Shown: positions 8,770 to 17,972 of the stretch, in pieces
Numbering within the stretch: the stretch's first letter is position 1
How the letters are laid out: every line of letters begins with the position of its first letter
From: a virus
IMG/VR virus record: IMGVR_UViG_3300013233_000167
Coordinates: 1-64,000 of that record
Strand: one strand, 5' to 3'
DNA length: 64,000 nucleotides
The notes under the pieces: model-generated
The model's input: the letters and a program-made list of their open reading frames with translations, nothing else
Told to the model about the DNA's origin: nothing
The model's database searches: none
Position numbers and translations under genes: made by a program

Positions 8770-9198
8770 TCACGGGGTCGGGGGCGAAGGGGGGGCATCG
8801 CGCATCTCCGACTTCGCCATTCCTCGGGAGATCGTGTAGCTGAGCGCGATCGCCGTGACGGCGAACACGAGCGACATCTTCACGGACTCGGGCATCGGCA
8901 CGTCGCCGCCCTTGAGCATGTCGAGCAGCACGGGGGTCACTCCCAAGCCAGCAGCTCCCGCCGACAGCTTGAACTCAGTGGACTTCAATCCCGTCGAGGG
9001 AGTGCCGTCACCGTTTCGAGTTTCCGTCTTCGCCATGCCGCGTGAGACGTTGTAACCGACGACCATGAGAGTAACGCAAGCGATCAGCGTCATCACCATC
9101 TTCTCGGACATGCCGTCGCCACCTTTGAGCATCTCCATCATTACGGGTAACGCGCCAAGCACGCCAGCCGCTCCGGTAATCTTGAGTTCAGATTTCAT
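8770..9198 (-). CDS. holin-like membrane protein with internal duplication
   Basis: Two ~65-aa repeats (KS.E.K..GAAG...MLKGGD..M.E...Y..SRGMAK.E.R), each with two hydrophobic segments. Confidence 0.7.
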   Translation of the reverse strand: MKSELKITGAAGVLGALPVMMEMLKGGDGMSEKMVMTLIACVTLMVVGYNVSRGMAKTETRNGDGTPSTGLKSTEFKLSAGAAGLGVTPVLLDMLKGGDVPMPESVKMSLVFAVTAIALSYTISRGMAKSEMRDAPPSPPTP

Positions 9199-9291
9199 CG
9201 AATGACCTTCGTTCGGGTTGTGATGCAGTCTCGACCGATGGTCCGAGGAGAGCCCCGCCCAAAACAGTCGAGCGGGGCCGTGTGAAGCCGA

Positions 9292-9951
9292 TCAGACCAA
9301 CAGCAGTGCGTTGAGCAGGAAGCCAGCGGCCTTCTGCGTTACGGACGCCTGGAGGGAGTTGATGATCCCCGCTTCGGCGACACGCTGATCTGCGAACTCC
9401 GCGATCGTGTCGGCGTTGGCCTGCATGGCCGCCGCCATCGCCAACGGAGTCATGCCCCGGTACAGCTCCTTGAGCCTACCGCGCGACGATCCACTGAGCC
9501 GCGTCTTGACCGCGCCGATCGCGGTATCGACGGCCATGAACGCCAGCGGCGCTTTCCACGCCTCCAACCAGTCGTCGAGGTCTTCCGGCACCTCGCCGTT
9601 AGGGGGCAGCGTACCGGGCACCACGTCATCGACCGGCGGGTTCGCCAGCAGGTCCATGATGCGGTCGTAGCCCACGTCACCCAGGGAAGCCACCACTTCG
9701 GTAGCAGCCGGTGCTGCGGGGCTGGAATCAGTTTCAGTAGCGGCAGGCTCCTCGGTGCCGCCGGATCCCGCAGTCTCGGTTTCGGTAGCAGCCGGTGCTG
9801 CGCTAGGAGTAGTGGCACCGGCCACCGCCTCCGCCTGCGCATCGTTCCAACCGGCCGTCCAGTCCGCGTTGTCAGTGCCGCCCGAGAAGGGGTTCTCCGT
9901 CAGGGCAGTTCCGGCTGCGTGCGCAGCCTTGCCGTCATCGTATGCGCTCAT
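9292..9951 (-). CDS. hypothetical protein
   Basis: NPF...W.AGW N-terminal motif, Ala/Thr/Pro linker, helical C-terminus. Confidence 0.7.
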   Translation of the reverse strand: MSAYDDGKAAHAAGTALTENPFSGGTDNADWTAGWNDAQAEAVAGATTPSAAPAATETETAGSGGTEEPAATETDSSPAAPAATEVVASLGDVGYDRIMDLLANPPVDDVVPGTLPPNGEVPEDLDDWLEAWKAPLAFMAVDTAIGAVKTRLSGSSRGRLKELYRGMTPLAMAAAMQANADTIAEFADQRVAEAGIINSLQASVTQKAAGFLLNALLLV

Positions 9952-9957
9952 GTCCTG

Positions 9958-10263
9958 CTACTCCGTGGGTTGCGGAGCGGGCGTCGCCGTCTCCGGGTTG
10001 TAGAAGCGATCGAGCTGGTCCCACGCGGCCTTGTCCGCCGCGATCACCCCGAGGATGGCTGCGCGATTCACGCTGCCATCCGGGTTCGTCCAGTTCGGAT
10101 CGTTCTCGGTGATGGATTCGATCGCGCTCTCCAGCAAGAGAGCTTGCGACGTGGGTACGGCCTGCAACTCAGCAGGCGTCATCGCAGACGCCATCGTGCG
10201 ACAGCTCGTTAGGCCGAGCAGTAGAAAAGCACTAATGGCGCAAGAGTAAAGTACGTTCTTCAT
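9958..10263 (-). CDS. lipoprotein (possibly spanin-like)
   Basis: MKNVLYSCAISAFLLLGLTSC lipobox; AGGAG RBS. Confidence 0.75.
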   Translation of the reverse strand: MKNVLYSCAISAFLLLGLTSCRTMASAMTPAELQAVPTSQALLLESAIESITENDPNWTNPDGSVNRAAILGVIAADKAAWDQLDRFYNPETATPAPQPTE

Positions 10264-10288
10264 AGGTTCTCCTTGTGAAAGGTTTCGA

Positions 10289-11662
10289 TCACGCAGTCTG
10301 CTTGATCCCTCGATGGTAGGCCGAACAAGCACCATCCAACGAGAGACGAGCATTGTAGGCTCGATGTGTATTAGTTACGAACCATGTGGCATCACCTACC
10401 TCCGACTTCCACACAGCGGGTGTCTCCTCACCGTTAGGACCATGATGCCAAACCGCCTTGCGATCCATAACTTCACTGCGCTCATCGTCCGACAGCCGCA
10501 CCTTACCTCGTTTGAGCACATTCATCGCTGGCACGCGGACCTTCTCGTCCACGAACCTCACCGGACCGAGGCCCGGGGTCGCGTCTAAGTAACGGTGCAG
10601 GGCGCGAGGGTATTCGAGCAAGGGCTCGACCTCCACTTCCGTGACGGTCGCGCGCACCGTGGGGTTGTGTCCCCACGTACGCAGCGCGATTAGCTTTCGA
10701 GACGCGCATCCCGTCTCGTCGATCAACGGCGCGTTGTTACGGCGCGTCCGTTCGATGAACGTCACGACCTTCCGACAACGCTCCCACGTTTCGTCCGTCC
10801 ACTCTCGGAGTGGAGTCGCCTTCATGCTAAGCACGTATCGCGCGGCCTTCTTGCCTTCGAGCAACGGACCGCGCTTGGAACGTCGCGTCGTGGCGATCGC
10901 TTCGCGCAGTGCGGACGACCGCAGATGTGCTCGCAACTCACCGGCTCGCATGTTCACAAGCCGTTGGAACTTCTCGTATAGCTGCGCACGGTCACGACTC
11001 AGATCCGCCTCGGATCCGCTGCGGTTCCGCTGCGGTAAGTGCGCGGGACGCCAGTGCTCTTCAAGATCCGGTGCCTCCCAGATGTCGAACGTCTCGAACA
11101 ACTCAAACGCATCGTCGCCTTCCAAAAAATCGAGCCACGCTTCGTCGATCGACTCCTGAGCGCCACCACCAGCATCCGCTCCCTGCGGGTCCTCAGCGCC
11201 CGTCTGCGATCCGGGTCTCTCGTCATCGGCGGGCTCTTCGGGCGGAGGCTCTTCGCCTCCCGGGGCAGCCGGAACCGTAGGCTGGTCAGGGTCGTCCACA
11301 ATACCGGGAGAACGTACCTCGCCGGTCGGCGTCACGATCAGGGTCTTGACCTTGAACTGACGCTTGGTCTTCGACATCGCGGTCGGCGATTCGTCACCCA
11401 CCGAGATGCGCATGTCGTAGTACGCCTGGAGGTCGTCGCGGTAGAAGGGCGGATCGTCCATGCGATCGTCCGTCTCCGGCTCCTGCGGGGGCGGTCCCTC
11501 ACCGTCCGGCGGACCGTCCTCTCCGTCTCCGGGCTTCGGCTTCTCCTCGTCGTCTGCCTTGGGCTTCTCGTCCTTGCTCTTGTCGTCCTTAGGCTTCGGC
11601 TTCTCCTCGCCGTCCTTTTCGGGCGGCCCCGTCTCCTTCTTCTTGGAGGCGGGGCTTACGCC
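10289..11662 (-). CDS. -1 frame extension of the large acidic protein, with a DUF3140-like domain
   Basis: Open from the slippery site to 10289; LVNMRAGELR...KVVTFIER...LRTWGHNP resembles DUF3140. Confidence 0.8.
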   Translation of the reverse strand, partial: GVSPASKKKETGPPEKDGEEKPKPKDDKSKDEKPKADDEEKPKPGDGEDGPPDGEGPPPQEPETDDRMDDPPFYRDDLQAYYDMRISVGDESPTAMSKTKRQFKVKTLIVTPTGEVRSPGIVDDPDQPTVPAAPGGEEPPPEEPADDERPGSQTGAEDPQGADAGGGAQESIDEAWLDFLEGDDAFELFETFDIWEAPDLEEHWRPAHLPQRNRSGSEADLSRDRAQLYEKFQRLVNMRAGELRAHLRSSALREAIATTRRSKRGPLLEGKKAARYVLSMKATPLREWTDETWERCRKVVTFIERTRRNNAPLIDETGCASRKLIALRTWGHNPTVRATVTEVEVEPLLEYPRALHRYLDATPGLGPVRFVDEKVRVPAMNVLKRGKVRLSDDERSEVMDRKAVWHHGPNGEETPAVWKSEVGDATWFVTNTHRAYNARLSLDGACSAYHRGIKQTA

Positions 11663-11668
11663 TTTTTT
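11626..11668 (-). other. programmed -1 ribosomal frameshift signal
   Basis: In-frame A-AAA-AAG (11668-11662), 6-nt spacer GCGTAA, hairpin GCCCCG-C-CTCC-AAGAAGAA-GGAG-A-CGGGGC. Confidence 0.85.
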
Positions 11669-13749
11669 CCGTCGCCTTCTTCGTCAGCGGCCTCGTACGC
11701 ACGACGCGACGCCGCGCCAGGGTGATCGGATTCCGTGGTGAAGTACCGCTTGAAAATCTGGAGCGCCATCTGCTCGCCGCTCAAGCGCGAAAGGACCAAG
11801 AAAAACATGAGCGAAGCGTTGCTCGGGACTTCTTGAAGGTAGCTGTGGAGCTTCGGGTACACGCGCGCGAGGTTACGCAGGAAGATCTGGAACGCTCTCT
11901 TCGGCTGCCGCGACACCACGTCTTGTGCGTCCGGGATCGCGGAGGCGTCGTCGGCGTTGAGGCCGAAGAACTTGGGCAGCGCCTCTCTCGGGATCGACGC
12001 GATGGCCTTCCGAGTACGCTTGAACACCGCGTCCTGCGGACCCTTGAAGTCGGGCATCTCCCTCTTGAACATCCGCAGCGCCTTGCCCGAGACCTTGAAC
12101 GCGCCCTTGCGTGCGGGCTTCTCCTCTCTGTCGAATCCGAGCGTTGGCGTCTCCTTCTGCCGCTCGATCAGCTCACGCGACAACGAGCCGAAGACTCCCA
12201 TGCGGAGCTGGTGCCAATGCTCGCTGCCCTGCTCCACGTCGGGGTACTGCTCGTCCACCATCTCGCCCGCGCGCTCCAACAGGGCGTCGCGTTCGTCTCG
12301 TTCATCAAGCGCCTCCAAACGCTCGCTGTTGTTCTCCTCGATGAGCGTATCGCGCTCGTCCGTGTGCTCGGTCTCTCCCTCAATGAGCGTCGGGCGCGCG
12401 CACGGGACTCCACACTCAGCCGCGTAGTCACGCAGGTACGACTCGACCATGAGGTCGCGTTCGGCGGGAAGCTCCTCGTACATCTCGCCGAGTGCCGCGA
12501 TCCCTTCCAGAACTTCATCGTACGGATGGGGCACCACCCATGCGGCATCGCGCACCGACACGACCGTCTGGCCGTCCTCGTGCACCACGCCCCACGCGCC
12601 GTAGTCCGAGCTGACCGCTTGGGCCTCTTCGTCCACGGCGTCTTCCACTCCTTCCGACAGACCTTCCTGACGCGCCTCCCACGAGTCACACGTCATCTCC
12701 GGTCCGACACCGTATGCGTACAGCGTGCAGTAGTAGTCATCGCCATGCTTGGCGCGGTAGTAGCGACACATCGCGCACGCACCGTGCGCAGTCTCACCAT
12801 CACCGACGATGCGATAGTTGCGCGGGCGCTGCGGAGCTTTGTCGTACTCGACGTACGCCTCATCGAGCGACTCGACCTCGGGCATCCACGTCCGTTCGTC
12901 TTCCGATACCCAGGTTATGCCGTTCGGGTCTTTGACGCACGCGCCATCGTCAACGCTCACCAACGTCTCGAAGATGTCGTCACCTGCGACCACGCAAAGC
13001 GCCGCGCGGCTGAGTCCGCCTTGTTCGCACACCGCGTCGTACTCATCGCGCGAGTCCGGTAGCAGTGACTCCATGCTCTGCTTCACGCCCGGCAACTTCA
13101 CATCACCGCTATTCTCTCCGCTCGGCTTGTCGGTCTGCAATTCCGGATCCTTCTGCTCCTTCGCGGATCCGGTCGCCGTGCAGTCGAGGATCGTGAACTC
13201 GAACGTCTCTTCTCCGTTGTGCTCGCCCGCTTCGATCAGCTTCTCGAACGTCGTGAACCCCGCGATGCCCGCGCGCATCTTGCGCACCTCTTCGGAGTTG
13301 ATCTTTCCCTCGAAGATAGCGAGGTACTTGTTGCCCTTCTCCAACACCGTCTCGACGAACCGCTCGAAGAGATGTCCGCTCGACTTGATGATCCAACCTT
13401 CCATCTGCGTCGCGGCGACGCCGTTCTTAGAACGTGAGTATTCGGGACGCTTATTGATGAAGTGCGTGGCGAACGCGCGCACATCCTTACGATCAACCTC
13501 TTTCGCGTCGTCCGGGTTTCCGCTTCCATCGGTCGCGTGTGTGTGTTGTGCAGCGAACTCCAAGATCGCGCCGACGTATCCCGGGTGGTGCTTGTTCTCG
13601 TCCTCGGGGATCGCGTCGGGATCGAGCTGGAAGAGCTTCTCTTCGAGACCCTCGCGTCCACGGAGCGCCTTGGTGGCCTTGCGGAATGACTCGCCAATCT
13701 TACGAGCGGCGAACAGGGTGCGTTGATACGTTTTCTTGAGCGAAGACAT
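11656..13749 (-). CDS. large acidic multidomain protein, putative internal head/virion protein (697 aa; about 1153 aa with frameshift)
   Basis: Start MSSLKKTY with GAGGAG RBS; many L/I-x-E motifs; Cys cluster CAMC...C...CDSW. Confidence 0.75.
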   Translation of the reverse strand: MSSLKKTYQRTLFAARKIGESFRKATKALRGREGLEEKLFQLDPDAIPEDENKHHPGYVGAILEFAAQHTHATDGSGNPDDAKEVDRKDVRAFATHFINKRPEYSRSKNGVAATQMEGWIIKSSGHLFERFVETVLEKGNKYLAIFEGKINSEEVRKMRAGIAGFTTFEKLIEAGEHNGEETFEFTILDCTATGSAKEQKDPELQTDKPSGENSGDVKLPGVKQSMESLLPDSRDEYDAVCEQGGLSRAALCVVAGDDIFETLVSVDDGACVKDPNGITWVSEDERTWMPEVESLDEAYVEYDKAPQRPRNYRIVGDGETAHGACAMCRYYRAKHGDDYYCTLYAYGVGPEMTCDSWEARQEGLSEGVEDAVDEEAQAVSSDYGAWGVVHEDGQTVVSVRDAAWVVPHPYDEVLEGIAALGEMYEELPAERDLMVESYLRDYAAECGVPCARPTLIEGETEHTDERDTLIEENNSERLEALDERDERDALLERAGEMVDEQYPDVEQGSEHWHQLRMGVFGSLSRELIERQKETPTLGFDREEKPARKGAFKVSGKALRMFKREMPDFKGPQDAVFKRTRKAIASIPREALPKFFGLNADDASAIPDAQDVVSRQPKRAFQIFLRNLARVYPKLHSYLQEVPSNASLMFFLVLSRLSGEQMALQIFKRYFTTESDHPGAASRRAYEAADEEGDGKKA

Positions 13750-13868
13750 CGCGTCTCCTCGTCGCGGGGTTGCGGGCAGAGGCGAAGGGGGAATCCCAAC
13801 AGCCATAGAATGCCACGCGACGAGGTGCACGTCTACAGGGCAGGTCCGTCTGGACCCAGCGTCCAGGA

Positions 13869-14387
13869 TCAGCCCCCGAGGGGTCTCCCGGCGTGGTCGA
13901 TGAGCTGCTGAGCCGCGCCCGGACCGACGACAGCGAGGCGACTCTGTTGCGCTTGGCTCCACTGCGCGAACTCACGGCGGAAGCTCTCCTCCGCCTGCGC
14001 GGCACCGCGCTTGTTGAACTCCTCGAACTTCTCCCACGCCTCCGCGACCGTCTCCACGTAGATGTTGAATCGGTACTCGCGGCGAACCTGACCCATGCCT
14101 TGCGGCGGCGGGGGCGTGTTGGCAGTCAGCATCCCGAGCCCCTGGAACTTGCTCCACTTCTCCGGCGGAGAACCTTCCGTGATGTCGAACTCGATCATGC
14201 TGAGGCGGCCCAGCTCGCGGCCCGTCTCGGGGTGGCAGTCGTAGCGATGATGAACAGTCTCGCGCACGCAGAAGCGCAATGGCTGGTTCACCGCCACGTC
14301 AGCGGAACCGGCCTGAGAGGACACGCTGCCTTCGATCTGTTTGCTAGGGCCTTTGGGTGCTTCGTCGGTTTCTTGGTCGTCGGTCAT
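13869..14387 (-). CDS. hypothetical protein
   Basis: AGGAG RBS; coherent ORF. Confidence 0.7.
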   Translation of the reverse strand: MTDDQETDEAPKGPSKQIEGSVSSQAGSADVAVNQPLRFCVRETVHHRYDCHPETGRELGRLSMIEFDITEGSPPEKWSKFQGLGMLTANTPPPPQGMGQVRREYRFNIYVETVAEAWEKFEEFNKRGAAQAEESFRREFAQWSQAQQSRLAVVGPGAAQQLIDHAGRPLGG

Positions 14388-14400
14388 GTGGTTCTCCTAG

Positions 14401-14874
14401 TCATTTCTTCCAGTTGGTTTGGACCACGAGGCCCAGATGTTCTTGTTCCCACTCTAAGCGCTTCTCGATCGCAAGACGACGTGCACCCCGCACTCCATTC
14501 GCTGCCACCGAGTAGCTAGTATGCAAAACTCGACCATTCGCACGCAAGTAAACGTGGAAGTCGTCGTAGTCCACGGCCCGCCCATGACGGTTCACCGTCT
14601 TCCTACGGGTCACGCCCGATGGCAAGTTGCCCTTGGTGCGCTTCCGACCCACCGGCCACCGAAAACATTGCGCCGGTCCTAACTTCTCCCGCGTCTCTTC
14701 GACCCACTCCCTAGCGCACGCTTTTCCCTTACAAATACTACGGTTACTCGCATCGCCGAACCACTTCGAGTAACGCTTTCCGCTTCGCATCACACGCGCG
14801 TACCACCCATGCTGTGATCGCCAACGGCCATTTGACTGTCGGTACTCTTGGTCTATCCGCAAGACGCCGTTCAC
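14401..14874 (-). CDS. tandem AP2-like DNA-binding protein
   Basis: GV.R...GWYARV...K.F and SGVTR...S.S....G...ARRLAIEKR, two AP2-like beta-sheet/helix units. Confidence 0.65.
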   Translation of the reverse strand: MNGVLRIDQEYRQSNGRWRSQHGWYARVMRSGKRYSKWFGDASNRSICKGKACAREWVEETREKLGPAQCFRWPVGRKRTKGNLPSGVTRRKTVNRHGRAVDYDDFHVYLRANGRVLHTSYSVAANGVRGARRLAIEKRLEWEQEHLGLVVQTNWKK

Positions 14875-15278
14875 GATGCAATAACCGGATCGAACGCAGA
14901 CATGTGCGCAGCCGCGATGTCATACAAGCGCTCCACCACACGCTGAAAAATCAGCGCGCTGTTCCGGCCGCAGAAGTGAAGCTGATAATCGTCACCCTGC
15001 CCAACCGTAAGATCCATGCAGCCGTCCCACTTCAACGACCCATACATGAACACTTGCGCGTCGTCCAACCCGGTCGAGAAGGTCAACGGAGAGTCGGCCC
15101 CCTGTTGCGTGAACTGCACCGGACCCTTCCCGTTGACGGGACCTGCGACGATCTCCAATATCACGTAATTCATCCAGCGCGTGCCGATGCAGCAGAACAC
15201 GACGAACTCATCCTTCAAAGTCGCTTCATCCAACGGAGGAAACGCTCGCGGCATCTGGCTAGGCGTAAGATCTAACAT
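14871..15278 (-). CDS. hypothetical protein
   Basis: Start MLDLTPSQ overlaps the thyX stop. Confidence 0.65.
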   Translation of the reverse strand: MLDLTPSQMPRAFPPLDEATLKDEFVVFCCIGTRWMNYVILEIVAGPVNGKGPVQFTQQGADSPLTFSTGLDDAQVFMYGSLKWDGCMDLTVGQGDDYQLHFCGRNSALIFQRVVERLYDIAAAHMSAFDPVIAS

Positions 15279-16441
15279 CCCGCGACGACCTCCCCTATCC
15301 CATCGGTCGAGGGCACGAGATTGAATTCCGCGAAGTCCTCGACCCACTTCGTCGTCTTGAGGGCTCGAAGAACGTAGCCGTACAGCACGCGGATCTCAGC
15401 GTCGGCGTAAGGAGAGCAACGCATGGCGATCATGCGCTTCCACTGCGCCACGGACGCGGAAAAGATCAGCTCGGTGTGGAGCGCGTTGCCGAGGTAGCCG
15501 CGAGCTGCGCCGCGCGCTTGTTTGCGCGCGGTGTGCTTGTCGATGCCCTGCGCCTCGCAGGCCGCTTGCAGTTTGTATGCCGCGTCCCGATAGACCCAGC
15601 GCGCGTAACCCTCCGCCGCATGGGGTTCCTCCGAACCGTAGAAACCCACCTTACGCGGTCTCGGATCCTCTGAGCTGTCCGTACGCAAACGCTCAACGTC
15701 GTCGTTGTATCGCGTGGTCAACGGATGCTCCACCCACGGGCTGTCGCTCTCGTCCACATACCGAGTGCTGCGTTGACTGACAGCCGTGCGAAACTTGTGA
15801 CGCACTTGCTCGTGGCTCATGCCACGCGATCCTCCGAGCAACAGCGACACCCACGCCTGCTCCTGACTGACCGGGATTACATTCTCCCAGTACAGATTGG
15901 CCTGCGGTCCTACATCCAGATTCTCTGGCGCATCCACGATTTGCGGAGCGAGTATGTGGGCTTCTTTTCTAAGAATCCAAGGGAGCCACTTTTCGATGCG
16001 CGCATCGACTCCAATCTGCGGCGTCCAGTCATCCCACTCCACCACGGCACGCAAGTTACTCGTGATGTACACCTCGTCGATCTCAGGCAGATAATTCTCA
16101 ATCCACACACCCGGACGATTCGCAAGAGCCACCACGAAATCCGACGAGCGAAGAAAATCACCCTCGTCCACAACGTCGCAGTCATAGTTGAGATGTAGAC
16201 AGATAGTAAAATTCGCGTGCTCCCACACGGAGCCGTGACCGACCTCCGCGATGTGCTTGTGATACGCGGCCGAGCTACGCCCCTTGCCGAGCGAGTCATA
16301 ACAGACGCGCCCAGCAAGCTCGACGAGCCGCTCCAGCGTCGTGCCTTGAAGCTGGTCGTCCTTGGGGGTTCCCATGCGCGCGGGCGCGTGAGTCTCGTCG
16401 CCGTCGAAGACGACCTCTGCATAGATATTCTCGTCATACAT
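15272..16441 (-). CDS. thyX: FAD-dependent thymidylate synthase
   Basis: AGRVCY, GHGSVWEH, SRGMSHEQVRHK...SQRSTRYV, ARGYL, ADAEIR. Confidence 0.92.
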   Translation of the reverse strand: MYDENIYAEVVFDGDETHAPARMGTPKDDQLQGTTLERLVELAGRVCYDSLGKGRSSAAYHKHIAEVGHGSVWEHANFTICLHLNYDCDVVDEGDFLRSSDFVVALANRPGVWIENYLPEIDEVYITSNLRAVVEWDDWTPQIGVDARIEKWLPWILRKEAHILAPQIVDAPENLDVGPQANLYWENVIPVSQEQAWVSLLLGGSRGMSHEQVRHKFRTAVSQRSTRYVDESDSPWVEHPLTTRYNDDVERLRTDSSEDPRPRKVGFYGSEEPHAAEGYARWVYRDAAYKLQAACEAQGIDKHTARKQARGAARGYLGNALHTELIFSASVAQWKRMIAMRCSPYADAEIRVLYGYVLRALKTTKWVEDFAEFNLVPSTDGIGEVVAGC

Positions 16442-16486
16442 TAGAATGACCTCCTCGATGAGAAGGGAATGGGGAGCGGTCTAGTC

Positions 16487-17200
16487 TTATTCGACGCGGG
16501 GTCCGAACTCCAGGAAAGCATCGTGGACGCGGACGGCGAAGTCGCCTTGCGGATCGCTACCCAGCTCTTCGGCCAGGTATCCCACGACCTCTTCGTCCAC
16601 GATGCCGATCGCCATCTTCGGATCCATGCAGCGCGCCACGAACGGGCACGGTCCCGCAAAGTCCTCCACCTGAGAAGCGTGCTGCACGTACATGATGAAA
16701 ACGGTGTCGCCGTCCTCGTCCATGTCCGGGTTGATGCGCATCCCCACGAGCGTCAGCAACGCACTCGTCGGTCCCGCATCCTCCTCGGGCAGCGGCGTCG
16801 TGATCCACTGACGGAGCTGGTCCATCACGGTCGCGCGGTTGAACGCTGCGATCTGCATCTGCGTACCCTGCACCGCCTTGTGATAGGTGAGCATGAAGCC
16901 GCCTTGCTGAATCAGCTTGCCCTCCTTGACGCGCAGCACCTTCGAGATGTTGAAGATGCTGCCCTGAATGACCGTCGCCTCCGGCCACGCATAGTCAACT
17001 CCCCGCTTTATCTGGGGAGCACTTGACAGGTCGGACGGTTCGGGTTGTCCGAGGAACATGTGCACGGCCGTCGCCACCTCGCTGCTCTCGCGCGCGACGA
17101 GCGGCGTGCCAGGAGGGACGACGCACACAAATCCTCCTTCGATGCGCTGAACGTGCATCGAGCTGAACGGAGGTGTACTTGAGACGATTTCGATATTCAC
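16487..17200 (-). CDS. hypothetical protein
   Basis: Coupled ORF with AGGAG RBS. Confidence 0.7.
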   Translation of the reverse strand: MNIEIVSSTPPFSSMHVQRIEGGFVCVVPPGTPLVARESSEVATAVHMFLGQPEPSDLSSAPQIKRGVDYAWPEATVIQGSIFNISKVLRVKEGKLIQQGGFMLTYHKAVQGTQMQIAAFNRATVMDQLRQWITTPLPEEDAGPTSALLTLVGMRINPDMDEDGDTVFIMYVQHASQVEDFAGPCPFVARCMDPKMAIGIVDEEVVGYLAEELGSDPQGDFAVRVHDAFLEFGPRVE

Positions 17201-17592
17201 GTCCGAGTCTCCTTCGCGCGGTCGAGAGGTCCGATCGGTACGGGCTGTCCGGCAGCAGCAGCCGCCACGTCTTCGGGCGGAAGCGGGGCCTGCGACAGTA
17301 GGATCATATAGCGAAACGGATCAGGCTGCATCTTGCGAGCGTACAGACAGTAGGCCGCCAACGTGAGCCCCACGAGCCCGAGCGCCACGCCCTTGCCGGG
17401 CCGCTCCAAGAGACTGAGCGCCACACCGCCTCCGATGAGCGACAGGTACGCCCACATCGGACAGCGCCACGTCAGCCACGCGAGCGCGCGACCCCACAGC
17501 GGGAAGGTGTCGGCGGCGCGCACCGGCATCTCCTCGTCGGGGTCGAAGCCTGCGTCGTCGTACAGTTGACTGAATCTCGGGTCAGTCGCCAT
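17197..17592 (-). CDS. two-TM membrane protein
   Basis: Two hydrophobic segments. Confidence 0.7.
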   Translation of the reverse strand: MATDPRFSQLYDDAGFDPDEEMPVRAADTFPLWGRALAWLTWRCPMWAYLSLIGGGVALSLLERPGKGVALGLVGLTLAAYCLYARKMQPDPFRYMILLSQAPLPPEDVAAAAAGQPVPIGPLDRAKETRT

Positions 17593-17908
17593 CGGGGTCC
17601 TCTTGGATCAAGCGGATGCAGTGATGCACGCCGTCGAGTCGCTGAATCGTTCGGTCCAGCTCCTCTTGATGATCTTGCAGCCACAAGCATCCGCACTCGT
17701 GACAGTAGATCGAGATCGAGGCGCTACGACCACTCCCTGCTGTGAGCTTGAGCCTGCGGCCCTCTGGCAGCTCCTCACAGCCCGCGCACGGCTTCTTGTG
17801 CCGCGTCGTCACGTCCTCGACCTCGATCCTCAAAGGTCCGTGGAAGAGGCCGTAGTGCTTCGGCTGAATGCGCTTGTTGCGGGGCTTCACGACACGAAGA
17901 CTCCGCAC
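17582..17908 (-). CDS. Zn-finger hypothetical protein
   Basis: CAGC...CHEC. Confidence 0.6.
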   Translation of the reverse strand: MRSLRVVKPRNKRIQPKHYGLFHGPLRIEVEDVTTRHKKPCAGCEELPEGRRLKLTAGSGRSASISIYCHECGCLWLQDHQEELDRTIQRLDGVHHCIRLIQEDPDGD

Positions 17909-17972
17909 GGGGGGTTGATCCTCGTAAGGAGTCTGTGAATGGGGTGGGGACTCGTTCGCGCCATAGGGCCGA

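Noticed and set aside
9252-9278. Hairpin GCCCCGC...GCGGGGC as a terminator
   Set aside because: The stem is real but there is no U-tract, so it was left uncalled
15272-16441. ThyX RHK variant as evidence of modified-base DNA synthesis
   Set aside because: A conservative change only; no base-modification gene cluster is visible in the window
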